From an uncultured bacterium (GTDB taxonomy: Bacteria; Krumholzibacteriota; Krumholzibacteriia; JACNKJ01): a stretch of DNA of 64,000 bases. Below the pieces are notes generated by a model. It made no database searches, had not been told where the DNA came from, and worked only from the letters and a program-made list of their open reading frames with translations. Positions 32,950-44,158 of the stretch are shown here, one piece after another (the first letter of the stretch is position 1; each line of letters starts with the position of its first letter). Location of the stretch: NCBI GenBank assembly GCA_963695095.1, contig CAVOFT010000001.1:2464001-2528000 (forward strand). The letters are read 5' to 3'. A program made the position numbers and the translations under genes.

Positions 32950-34257
32950 GTGCACTATCAACGGTCGGCCCTGATGCCGGCCATCGCCACGCTTGCCCTC
33001 CTGCTCTTCGCCGGCACGGCCTGCCGCCCCTTCGGGCAGAATGAACTCGCCGCCCGCCGCGCCAGCGAGTGGAACGCGGCCGCGATCGCGGCCGCGACCC
33101 CGAACTTCGCCGACAGCTTCGACGCCTTCGGGCGCAACCAGACCCTGCAGTTCAAGCGCGGGGACACCCTCGAAGCGCTGCTGCGCCGCGCCGGTGTGCC
33201 GGCCCAGGAACGCTTCGCCCTCATCGACGCTCTGGCCGAGACCTTCGACATGAGCGACTTTCGTGCGGGCGCCGAGGTGGTCCTGCGCTGGGATCTGGCC
33301 GGGCGCCTGCTCGGCTTCGCCTACCCGCTGGACTACATCGAGGATCTCTACGCCTGGCGCCGCGGCGACGGCTTCGCGGCCGAGACCTTCCGCGCCACCC
33401 TCGACTGGCAGCCGCGCCTGGTGACGGCCGAGCTCGCGTCCTCCTTCTACGAGACCCTCGCCGCCCAGGGCGAGGACGGCGATCTCGCCGTCCGCGTGGC
33501 CGACCTCTTCGGCGGCGAGGTGGACTTCTTCCTCGACCTGCAGCCGGGCGATCGCATGGAGATCCTCCTGGAAAGCGCGCAGCGCCCGGATCGCGAGACG
33601 ATGCGCAACCGCGTCCTCGCCGCCTGGCTCGAGGTGAACGGCAAGCGCCACGCCGCCTACCTGCATCCGGCGGCGAACGGCGAGCGGCGCTACTACCACG
33701 CCGACGGCGGCAGCCTCGAGCGGCAGTTCCTCAAGGCCCCGCTGAGCTTCTCGCGCATCAGCTCGGGGTTCAGCCGCAGCCGGCTGCACCCGGTGCTCGG
33801 CGTCCACCGCCCGCACCTGGGCGTGGACTACGCCGCGCCCATCGGCACGCCGGTGCAGGCGACGGCCGACGGCAGCGTCGTCCGCCGCGGGCAGGATCGC
33901 GGCATGGGCCGCTTCATCGTGCTGCGGCATCCGGGCCGCATCGAGACCACCTACATGCACCTGTCGCGCTTCGCCGCGAGCACGAGCGTCGGCTCGCGCG
34001 TGAAGAAGGGCCAGACGATCGGCGCCGTGGGCTCCAGCGGACTCAGCACGGGGCCGCACCTGGACTACCGCATGAAGGTGAACGGCAACTTCATCGACCC
34101 GCGCAGCTTCCGCTCGGTGGCGGCCGAACCGCTGCCGGCTGCCGAGCGGGCGGCCTTCAGCGCCGCCGTGGCGCGCTACGATTCGCTCTGCGCGGCCCTG
34201 GCGCCCGCTCCCCAGCTGCCCCTGGGCCAGATCGCCAGCGCAGCGCCGACGAGGTAG
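32950..34257 (+). CDS. M23-family peptidoglycan endopeptidase (MepM-like), probable lipoprotein
   Basis: RISSGF..HPVLG..HLGVDYAAPIGTPV, YMHLS, STGPHLDYR. Confidence 0.92.
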   Translation: MHYQRSALMPAIATLALLLFAGTACRPFGQNELAARRASEWNAAAIAAATPNFADSFDAFGRNQTLQFKRGDTLEALLRRAGVPAQERFALIDALAETFDMSDFRAGAEVVLRWDLAGRLLGFAYPLDYIEDLYAWRRGDGFAAETFRATLDWQPRLVTAELASSFYETLAAQGEDGDLAVRVADLFGGEVDFFLDLQPGDRMEILLESAQRPDRETMRNRVLAAWLEVNGKRHAAYLHPAANGERRYYHADGGSLERQFLKAPLSFSRISSGFSRSRLHPVLGVHRPHLGVDYAAPIGTPVQATADGSVVRRGQDRGMGRFIVLRHPGRIETTYMHLSRFAASTSVGSRVKKGQTIGAVGSSGLSTGPHLDYRMKVNGNFIDPRSFRSVAAEPLPAAERAAFSAAVARYDSLCAALAPAPQLPLGQIASAAPTR

Positions 34258-35721
34258 GCCAGCCAGGCCAAGGGCAGGGTCCATCCGCCGTGGCGGGCGT
34301 AGAAACTCGCCCGCGCCGGCGGATGGACGGCCGCCACCAGCACCCCCCGCGTATCCACGGCCAGGCGCCCCAGGCGGCGGCCGCGCGGCATCGAGAATCT
34401 CCGTCACGCCGTTGTTGCCCGCGCGCAGGACGGGCAGGCCGTTCTCGGCGGCGCGCAAGGGCGAGAGCGCAGCGTGCAGCTCCATGGCCAGGGGATCGGC
34501 GAACCAGCCGTCGTTGCTGATGTTGACGAGCAGCTCGGCGCCGGCCGCCGCAGCCTCCCGCACGCTGCCGGCGAAGCCCATCTCGTAGCAGATGAAGACG
34601 GCGGCGCGCAGCGGCCCGCCCGCCAGCACGCGCGGTCCCGGCCCCGGCGTGAAGTTCGCCTGGCCCAGATCGATGTTGAAGCCGGGCATGAGCCGCTCGA
34701 TGAGGGGGATGCGCTCGCCGAAGGGCAGCAGCTTGACCTTGCTGTAGCCGCCCTCGAAGGCACCGCCCGCGCTCACCAGGAGCGCGGCGTTGCGGTAGGC
34801 GTAGCCGCCGGAGCCCTGCGGTGAGAGGCCCTGGAAGCCCGTGATCAGGTCCACCCCCAGCGCCTGGGCGGTCTCGCGCAGGGCGCGCTCGGCGTGGCGA
34901 TCGTAGAAGAGGCTGACGGGGAAGGCCGTCTCCGGCCAGACGAGCAGCTCGGCGCCCTGGGCCACGGCCTCCTCGCCCAGCTCGCGATAGATGCGCAGGT
35001 TCTCCATGCGGAAGTGGGGCTCCCACTTGTCGGCGAGGGCGACGTTGCCCTGCAGAGCGGCCACGCGCAGGGTCTGGGGGCGCTCGCGGTGACTGGGCAG
35101 GGCGCCGAGGGCGAGCAGAAGCAGACTGGCGCCGAGGGCGAGCCCGCCCGCGCGCCGCGCGCCGCGGCCGGCGACCAGCGCCGCCGCGCCCGCCTGGGCC
35201 AGCACCATGAGGAAGCCCAGGCCCAGCCCGCCCACCCAGCCCGCCGGGGCCAGATAGCCGCCGGGCGCGGCCTGCGTCTGGGCGAGGTGGATCCAGCTGA
35301 AGGCCAGGAGCCCGCTGCCGCGCAACCACTCGAGGCCCGTCCACAGGGCCGCCGCGAGCCAGAGCGCGCGGGCGCTGCGGGCGCGCAGCGCCGCGTAGAG
35401 CCGCACGAAGAGCCAGGGGTAGAGGCTCAGATAGATCACCCAGAGCGCGAGGCCCGGCCAGAGCAGCCAGGGGACGGTCATGTCCGCGGCGGGGCTGAGG
35501 GCGATCAGCCAGCGGAAGCTGAGCAGACCGAAGGGGAGACCGAAGCCGAAGCCCAGCCAGCGCGCCGCCAGCGCCGCCGGCGGCCGGAAGCCTTCGACCG
35601 CCGCGCAGAGCGGCAGCAGGGCCAGCCAGCCCAGCCAGGGCAGGCCGTAGCGCGGCAGGGCGAAGTGGTAGAGCAGGGCCGTCAGGAGGCCGGCCGCCAG
35701 GAGCCGCAGGCGCACGCGCAC
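34176..35721 (-). CDS. lnt: Apolipoprotein N-acyltransferase, frameshift near 34387
   Basis: TM region, LQGNV, VWPETA, YSKVKLLPFGERIP, ICYE, NISNDGWF, RAAENG, RAGNNGVT. Confidence 0.9.
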
Positions 35722-35861
35722 ACTCCATCTGCGAGCCCGCCAGGCACCGGCTCGCGGTTCAGGGCGCGACAGTAGCGCCCGCGTCGCCGACCGCCAAGAG
35801 CAAAGCCGTCCCGGGTGCGGGCCGCGGTCCGCGCCGGAGCCCTGGCGCGCCGGCATCAGCC

Positions 35862-37367
<1,506 letters not shown>

Positions 37368-37493
37368 TCCGCCCTGTGCCTGCGCTCGCTGCGGGACTTA
37401 GGGCTTCGCGCGCGCGCAGCGGCGGCGGCGGCGCGGACGGGGCGACGGCGCACCGTCGGGCCGAGCCCGGCTCGTGGAGAAGCGCGGGCCCGC

Positions 37494-38510
<1,017 letters not shown>

Positions 38511-38522
38511 GGGAGCCTCGCT

Positions 38523-39827
38523 CTAGTAGTCCCTGAGGGCCTCGTAGATCTCCACCGGCAGCTCGTCGCCGATGAGCTTCAGCTCGCCGCGGCTGTGCAG
38601 GCCGACGAGGGCGTCCACCACCTCGGGGTCGAACTGGGTGCCCCGGCAGCGCTGGAACTCGGCCATGGTCTCCTCGATGTCGCGCGCCTTGCGGTAGGAG
38701 CGCGTGCTGGTCATGGCGTCCAGGGTATCGCAGACGTGCAAGATCCTCGCCTCGAAGGGAATCGCCTCGCCCTTGAGGCCATCCGGGTAGCCCTTCCCGT
38801 CCGGCCGCTCGTGGTGGTACTTGACGATCTGGGCGGCCTCGTTGAGGAACTTCAGCCGCTCGATGATCTTGGCGCCGATGTCCGGGTGAGCCTTCATGGC
38901 GCTGTACTCATCATCGGTGAGCTTGCCGTCCTTGGAGATGATGTCGCCGCTGACCCCGATCTTGCCGATGTCGTGGAGCAGGGCCGCGTACTCGAGCAGC
39001 TCCATGCGCTTGCCCGAGAGCCCCAGCACCCGGCCCAGCGTGAGCGCATAGCGGCTCACGCGGTAGGAGTGCCCGTGCGTGTAGGCGTCCTTGGCGTCCA
39101 GCGCGCTGGTCAGCGCCGTCAGCGTGGCGATGTGCGTCTCCTTCATGTCGAGATAGAGGCGGTAGGCGTAGCGAAGGAGCAGCAGCGGGATGATGAAGAG
39201 CGCCAGCGTCCAGGGCGCCGCGAAGCGGTAGACGAGGATGAGGATGGCCGTCAGCGGCACGAAGGCGACCAGGTGGCGCAGATTCCAGAAGTAGTTGCTG
39301 CGCCAGATGCGCAGGGGATTGCGGCCGTCGGACAGGCCGATGATCGTGCTCACGAGGGAGGTGTTCACCAGCCAGTGCACGATGCCGCAGACGACCAGCG
39401 GGATCAGGAAGAGCGGACTCGTCAGCCCTTCGCTGAAGGGCAGCGACTGGAAGACGATGCCGGCCACGCCCGTGGAGAGGGCCAGCACCGGCACGTTGAA
39501 GAAGACCTTCTCCAGCGGCCGCCGGTTGACCAGCCCCTCGACGATGATGGCGCTGACCGCCTCCATCCAGGCCGCCGGATAGGCGCCGAAGATGACGATG
39601 GAGGCAAAGGTGATCGGCGTCGAGACGCTGATCGAGGCGCCGCCGTGGGGCAGCGTCACGTTGACCAGATCCGCGATCACGATGAGCAGGATGAAGACCG
39701 CGTACTCGAGCCAGCGCCGCGGATCCAGCTCCTGCGACCAGAAGTAGAGGGCGACGTAGCCGACGAGGCTGACCGCGAAGTAGTAGGCGATGAAGGAGCG
39801 GCTGCGGCCGCTCAGGAATGTCGCCAA
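38523..39827 (-). CDS. Multi-TM sensor plus HD-GYP phosphodiesterase (TTG start, GGAG SD)
   Basis: About 230 aa hydrophobic N-terminus; DAKDAYTHGHSYRV, LLHDIGK, HHERPDGKGYPDGL..IP..ARI..D..DAMTS.R.YR. Confidence 0.93.
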   Translation of the reverse strand: MATFLSGRSRSFIAYYFAVSLVGYVALYFWSQELDPRRWLEYAVFILLIVIADLVNVTLPHGGASISVSTPITFASIVIFGAYPAAWMEAVSAIIVEGLVNRRPLEKVFFNVPVLALSTGVAGIVFQSLPFSEGLTSPLFLIPLVVCGIVHWLVNTSLVSTIIGLSDGRNPLRIWRSNYFWNLRHLVAFVPLTAILILVYRFAAPWTLALFIIPLLLLRYAYRLYLDMKETHIATLTALTSALDAKDAYTHGHSYRVSRYALTLGRVLGLSGKRMELLEYAALLHDIGKIGVSGDIISKDGKLTDDEYSAMKAHPDIGAKIIERLKFLNEAAQIVKYHHERPDGKGYPDGLKGEAIPFEARILHVCDTLDAMTSTRSYRKARDIEETMAEFQRCRGTQFDPEVVDALVGLHSRGELKLIGDELPVEIYEALRDY

Positions 39828-39849
39828 GGCCAGCTCCCGGGTGCACGGA

Positions 39850-40009
39850 GCCGGTGCGATGACTCGGCTACCACCAGGTCTTAGTCAGGAGAAGATCGCC
39901 AAAGAACAGATCGATGATGAACTTGAACATGGCACACCTCCTTGGCGTGAATAGGGCAGATACCCGCTTCGCTGGAAGGCATGCGCTTCGCTGCCGCCAT
40001 CGCACCGGC
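39850..40009 (-). repeat. Perfect 12-bp inverted repeat bracketing the peptide ORF, plus a 10-bp direct repeat in its leader
   Basis: GCCGGTGCGATG (39850-39861) / CATCGCACCGGC (39998-40009); CGCTTCGCTG at 39965-39974 and 39984-39993. Confidence 0.8.
39868..39930 (-). CDS. Unannotated 20-aa hydrophobic peptide MFKFIIDLFFGDLLLTKTWW
   Basis: SD AAGGAGGT a few nt before ATG; C/G-ending codons typical of the host; own upstream promoter; stops 40 nt before the HD-GYP start. Confidence 0.75.
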   Translation of the reverse strand: MFKFIIDLFFGDLLLTKTWW

Positions 40010-40014
40010 AGGGC

Positions 40015-40043
40015 ATGGTGGCCGGGATCCCGGGGAGTGTCAA
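40015..40043 (-). promoter_or_regulatory. Putative sigma70 promoter for the peptide/HD-GYP transcript
   Basis: TTGACA-17 nt-CACCAT. Confidence 0.55.
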
Positions 40044-40085
40044 CGGAATGTTCCCCTGGCCAGAAGCGGACCGGGGAGGCGGAAA

Positions 40086-40946
40086 TCAGAGGATGTCGAA
40101 GTCGACCGTGTCGCGCGGATTCCAGAGCCCGGTCAGGCGGTTGGTGGCGGCCAGGGTGGCCAGCACCGCGGCCTGGCGCGGATCCTGGCGAACCACGGCC
40201 GCGCCCGTGAAGCTCGACAGCTCGCGCTCGGCCACCGCGCTCAGGTGCACGACCAGCACTTCTTCGCGACCGAAGTGCAGGCGGTCGAAGCGCGGCGTGT
40301 CGAAGTGCATGCCGGTCTCGAAGAGCAGCAGCATGGCGTCCAGCGTGGCGTGGATGACGGCGGCCAGGTGGCCGTCCGGCGTGTCGGCGGCCTCGCACTC
40401 GCCCACCGCATGCCGTTCGCCCCGGCTCAGCTCGACGGCGGCCGTCACCACGCTGCCGGCGTGGGTCACCGTGAGCTTTTCGTAGATGATCCTCGGCTCG
40501 CTGAGATCCGCGTCGCCGTCGAGCTCCAGCCCTGCCTCCGCCATGGCCGGCGGCGCGGCGGGCTCGGGCTCCGGCTCGGCTTCGGGCTCGGCTTCGGGCT
40601 CGGGTTCGATGATCAGCTCGCCCGCGGGGGGCGCCGGCGCCGCGGGCTCGATGATCAGCTCCCCGGCCGTCGGCGCGGCCGGCGCCGGCGCGGAGGCCGC
40701 CGGCGCCGCCCCCGGCTCGATGATGGCCACCTGGATGCGGCGGTGGTCGATGTCCAGGCCGCCCCGCACCTTGAGGATGGTGTCCACGTCCCGGGCGATG
40801 AGGCGGGGCGGACGAGTCGAGACGGCGGTGACGTGGACCTCCGTCACCTGGCCGGCCGGATCGCTGATGATCCGGCAGCCCGTGACCTCGCGCAACCCTG
40901 TAACCAAAGACTGTAAGTAATTGATATTGATGGAACTAGGGGTCAT
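40086..40946 (-). CDS. Hypothetical two-domain protein with a Pro/Ala/Glu linker; C-terminus resembles the LeuA allosteric domain
   Basis: N-domain EVHV..RPPRLIARDVDT..IDHRRIQVA; linker with repeated GELIIEP; C-domain (bbb-a)x2 ending D..QAAVLATLAATNRL. Confidence 0.75.
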   Translation of the reverse strand: MTPSSININYLQSLVTGLREVTGCRIISDPAGQVTEVHVTAVSTRPPRLIARDVDTILKVRGGLDIDHRRIQVAIIEPGAAPAASAPAPAAPTAGELIIEPAAPAPPAGELIIEPEPEAEPEAEPEPEPAAPPAMAEAGLELDGDADLSEPRIIYEKLTVTHAGSVVTAAVELSRGERHAVGECEAADTPDGHLAAVIHATLDAMLLLFETGMHFDTPRFDRLHFGREEVLVVHLSAVAERELSSFTGAAVVRQDPRQAAVLATLAATNRLTGLWNPRDTVDFDIL

Positions 40947-40991
40947 GTCCGTGTTGCCGATCCCGAGTTGCTCGTGCGGTTGAGGAAGTCG

Positions 40992-41957
40992 TTATCCTAG
41001 CACATCCGCGCCGGAGGCGCTAGAGCGTCCGCGCGCGGGAGCCGGCGGCGCCTTGAGCAGGGCCGCCAGGGCCCGCCGCCGCGCCGCGAGTTCGGCCGGC
41101 CGCCGGCGCGCCAGGCCCGCCAGCCCGAGGCCTTCCACGGCGAAGCTCGCCACGGCGCTGCCCGTGAGCAGCGCCCGGCGCAGGGCGCCCAGGTCCCAGC
41201 GGCCTTCGCGGGCAAGGTGGCCCATGACGCCCCCCGCGAAGGCATCGCCCGCCCCCGTGGGATCCTCGAGGGCAGCGACGGGAAAGGCCGGGCAGGGATA
41301 GACCGCGCCTTCGGCAAAGAGCAGGACCCCGTGTTCGCCCTTCTTCACGATCACGTGGCGCGGGCCCAGGGCCCGCAGCGCCTCGCCCGCCCTGACCAGC
41401 GAGCGCTCGCCGGTGAGCTGGCGCGCTTCCTCGTCGTTGATGAAGAGCAAGTCCACCCGCGCGATGACGGCCAGAAGCTCCGCGAGGGCAGCATCGATCC
41501 AGAGATTCATCGTGTCCATGGCCGCCAGGCGGCGGCCGTGCGCGGCGTCCAGCACCCGCGCCTGCAGCTCGGGCTGGATGTTGGCCAGGAAGACCAGCTC
41601 GCAGTCGGCGTGGCCGGGGCCCAGCACGGGCGCGAAATCGGCAAAGACGCCGAGCTCGGTGTAGAGCGTCTCGCGGCCCGCGCAGTCGGGGCCGTAGCGC
41701 CCGCCCCAGCGGAAGCTCTTGCCCGGCCGCCGCTCGACGCCGGAGAGGTCGGCGGGCAGACGGGCGAGCAGATCCAGGTCCTCGCTGCGGAAATCCTCGC
41801 CCACGACGGCCACGAGAGCGGGCGTGGCGCCCGCCAGCGCCGCCGCGACGCTGAAGTGCGCGAGGCTGCCGCCCAGGAGATTCTTGCCCGCGGCCGCGGG
41901 CGTCTCGATGTCATCGTAGGCCAGTGAGCCCACGGCCAGCAGTCGGCTCGCGCTCAT
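40992..41957 (-). CDS. PfkB-family carbohydrate/nucleoside kinase
   Basis: VGSLAYDDIETP, VIVKKGEHG, DPTGAGDAFAGG. Confidence 0.9.
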   Translation of the reverse strand: MSASRLLAVGSLAYDDIETPAAAGKNLLGGSLAHFSVAAALAGATPALVAVVGEDFRSEDLDLLARLPADLSGVERRPGKSFRWGGRYGPDCAGRETLYTELGVFADFAPVLGPGHADCELVFLANIQPELQARVLDAAHGRRLAAMDTMNLWIDAALAELLAVIARVDLLFINDEEARQLTGERSLVRAGEALRALGPRHVIVKKGEHGVLLFAEGAVYPCPAFPVAALEDPTGAGDAFAGGVMGHLAREGRWDLGALRRALLTGSAVASFAVEGLGLAGLARRRPAELAARRRALAALLKAPPAPARGRSSASGADVLG

Positions 41958-41995
41958 CCCCCTCCTTGATCGGCCCGCGGCGCAGGCCCTCGGCT

Positions 41996-43675
41996 TCACA
42001 TCCGTTCCGGCGCCGCCACGCCCATCAGATCCAGGCCGCTGAGCAGCACCTGGCGCGTGGCCCGGCACAGGGCCAGCCGCGCGCGGCTGAGGGCCGGGTC
42101 GTCCCCCACCACCGTCCGCTCGTGATAGAAGCGGTGGAAGGCGGCGGCCACATCGCTCAGGTAGTTGAAGAGGCGGTTGGGCTCGCGCGCAGCTGCCGCT
42201 CCGCTGATCGCCACCGGAAATTCGCCGAGGATGCGGATCAGCTCCAGCTCCTCCTCGCTCGTGAGCAAGGCGAGTTCGGCTGCGGGCGGCGCCGCCGCGG
42301 CGTCGGCGAAGCCCGCCTCGGCGGCCTTGCGCAGGATGCCCGCGATGCGCGCCGTCGCGTACTGCGGGTAGAAAACGCGCGACTTGGCGCTCTGCTCGCG
42401 GGCCTGGCCGAGGTCGAACTCCAGGTGGCTGTCCCGCCGGCGGACGAGGAAGTAGGCGCGGGCCACGTCCACGCCGACGTCGTCGATCAGCTCGCCCATG
42501 GTGACGAACTCGCCCGCGCGCTTGCTCATCGTCACCTGCTCGCCATTCTCCACCAGGGTCACGAGCTGGAGGACGAGGATCTCCAGCCAGCCCTCCGGCG
42601 CGCCGATGGCCCGCGCGATGGCCTGCATGCGCGCCACGTGGCCGTGGTGGTCGGGACCCAGCACCGTGATCGCCTTGGCGAAACCGCGGCGCAGCTTGTC
42701 CAGATGGTAGGCGGCGTCGGCGAGGAAGTAGGTGGGCCGGCCGTCGCTGCGGACGACGACGCGGTCCTTGTCGTCCCCGAAGTCGCTGGAGCGGAACCAG
42801 CGCGCGCCCTCGGCCTCGTAGACGAGTCCCTGCGCCTCGAAGAGGGCCAGCACCTCGGCCACCTTGCCGCCTTCGTGCAAGCTCCGCTCGCTGAACCAGA
42901 CATCGAAGGGCGTGCGGAAGCGCTCCATCTCGGCCCGCAGGTCGGCGAGCAGCGTGGCGAGGGCGGCGTCGGCGTAGGCGTCCCGGCGGGCAGCGGCGGG
43001 CAGCGCCTCCCAGCGCTCCACCGCCGCGGCGTCCAGGGCAGCGGCGATCTCGCGCAGATAGAGGCCGTGGTAGCCGTTCTCGGGAATGGCCAGGGGCTCG
43101 CCGGCGAGTTCGCGGCGGCGGGCGCGCAGGCTCTCGCCCAGGGCCTCGACCTGCGAGCCCGCGTCGTTGACGTAGAACTCGCGAGTCACCGGGTAGCCGG
43201 CCGCCTCCAGCAGGCGCGCCAGCGTGGACCCGAAGGCTGCGGCCCGGGCGCTCACCACCACGGCCGGCCCGGTCGGATTCGCGCTCACGAACTCCAGACA
43301 GACGGGCTGGCCCCCGCCCCCCTGGCTCCGACCGAACGCGGCGCCGGCGGCGAGGATCTCGCCCACCAGGCTCTGCTGGGCGCCCGCCGGCAGGCGGAAA
43401 TTCAGGAAGCCGGGGCCGGCCACCGTGGCCGCGAGTCCCGGCAGGCGCGTCTCGCAGGAGGCGGCGAGGGCCGCGGCCAGCTCCCGCGGCGGCAGGCCGC
43501 AGGGCTTGGCGGCGAGCATGGCCACGTTCGTGCTGAGATCGCCGTGCGCGCTGTCCCTGGGCGGAATGAGGGCGATCTCCGCCGGCCCGACCGTGCCGCC
43601 GGCGAAGGCCCAGTCCGTCTCGCCGTGCCGCTCGCGGAAGTAGTCGGCGATTGCCGCGCGGATCCGCTCCTTCAC
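41996..43675 (-). CDS. argS: Arginine--tRNA ligase
   Basis: HGDLSTN, GPGFLN, EFVSANPTGP, EFYVNDAG, MSKRAG, YPQYATAR. Confidence 0.96.
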   Translation of the reverse strand: MKERIRAAIADYFRERHGETDWAFAGGTVGPAEIALIPPRDSAHGDLSTNVAMLAAKPCGLPPRELAAALAASCETRLPGLAATVAGPGFLNFRLPAGAQQSLVGEILAAGAAFGRSQGGGGQPVCLEFVSANPTGPAVVVSARAAAFGSTLARLLEAAGYPVTREFYVNDAGSQVEALGESLRARRRELAGEPLAIPENGYHGLYLREIAAALDAAAVERWEALPAAARRDAYADAALATLLADLRAEMERFRTPFDVWFSERSLHEGGKVAEVLALFEAQGLVYEAEGARWFRSSDFGDDKDRVVVRSDGRPTYFLADAAYHLDKLRRGFAKAITVLGPDHHGHVARMQAIARAIGAPEGWLEILVLQLVTLVENGEQVTMSKRAGEFVTMGELIDDVGVDVARAYFLVRRRDSHLEFDLGQAREQSAKSRVFYPQYATARIAGILRKAAEAGFADAAAAPPAAELALLTSEEELELIRILGEFPVAISGAAAAREPNRLFNYLSDVAAAFHRFYHERTVVGDDPALSRARLALCRATRQVLLSGLDLMGVAAPERM

Positions 43676-44088
43676 GCGCCGCCTCCCGGCCGGTCGGGCG
43701 TGGGCTCGTCGGCGACGTCCTCGCGCGGCGCGTCGCCCCAGAAGCGCTCAAGGCCGTAGTACTCCCGCGCGCCCCGCTGAAAGACATGGACGACCACGTG
43801 GACGTAGTCGAGCAGCAACCAGCGCAGGGTGTCGTAGCCCTCCAGATGCCAGGGCTTGACCGGCGGCGTCCCCGCGAGCAGGCCGTCGCGGATGCCATCG
43901 GCGATGGCGCGGACATGGGCCTCGCCGAGCCCAGTCGCGATGACGAAGAAGTCGGCGATGGGGCTCAGGCTGCGCAGGTCGAGGATGACCAGATCCTCGC
44001 CCTTCTTGGCCAGGGCGAGCTGAGCGGCGGCGCGGGCCAGCTCCTGGCTGCCCTTGCCGCTGCGACTGCTGCTCGTGTTCGTGCTCAT
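43672..44088 (-). CDS. rsfS: Ribosome silencing factor
   Basis: KKGEDLVILD, DFFVIAT, WLLLDY..VVHVF..REYYGLERFW. Confidence 0.93.
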   Translation of the reverse strand: MSTNTSSSRSGKGSQELARAAAQLALAKKGEDLVILDLRSLSPIADFFVIATGLGEAHVRAIADGIRDGLLAGTPPVKPWHLEGYDTLRWLLLDYVHVVVHVFQRGAREYYGLERFWGDAPREDVADEPTPDRPGGGA

Positions 44089-44158
44089 GGCCTGGGACGC
44101 CCTCCTTCGCAGGACCGCCGGCCTCGCCTGGCCGGCCGGCGGGGGACCGGGCGCGCGG

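Noticed and set aside
39828..39867. Classical trpL-type transcriptional attenuator after the WW peptide
   Set aside because: No U-tailed terminator hairpin and no trp genes downstream; only translational control remains plausible.
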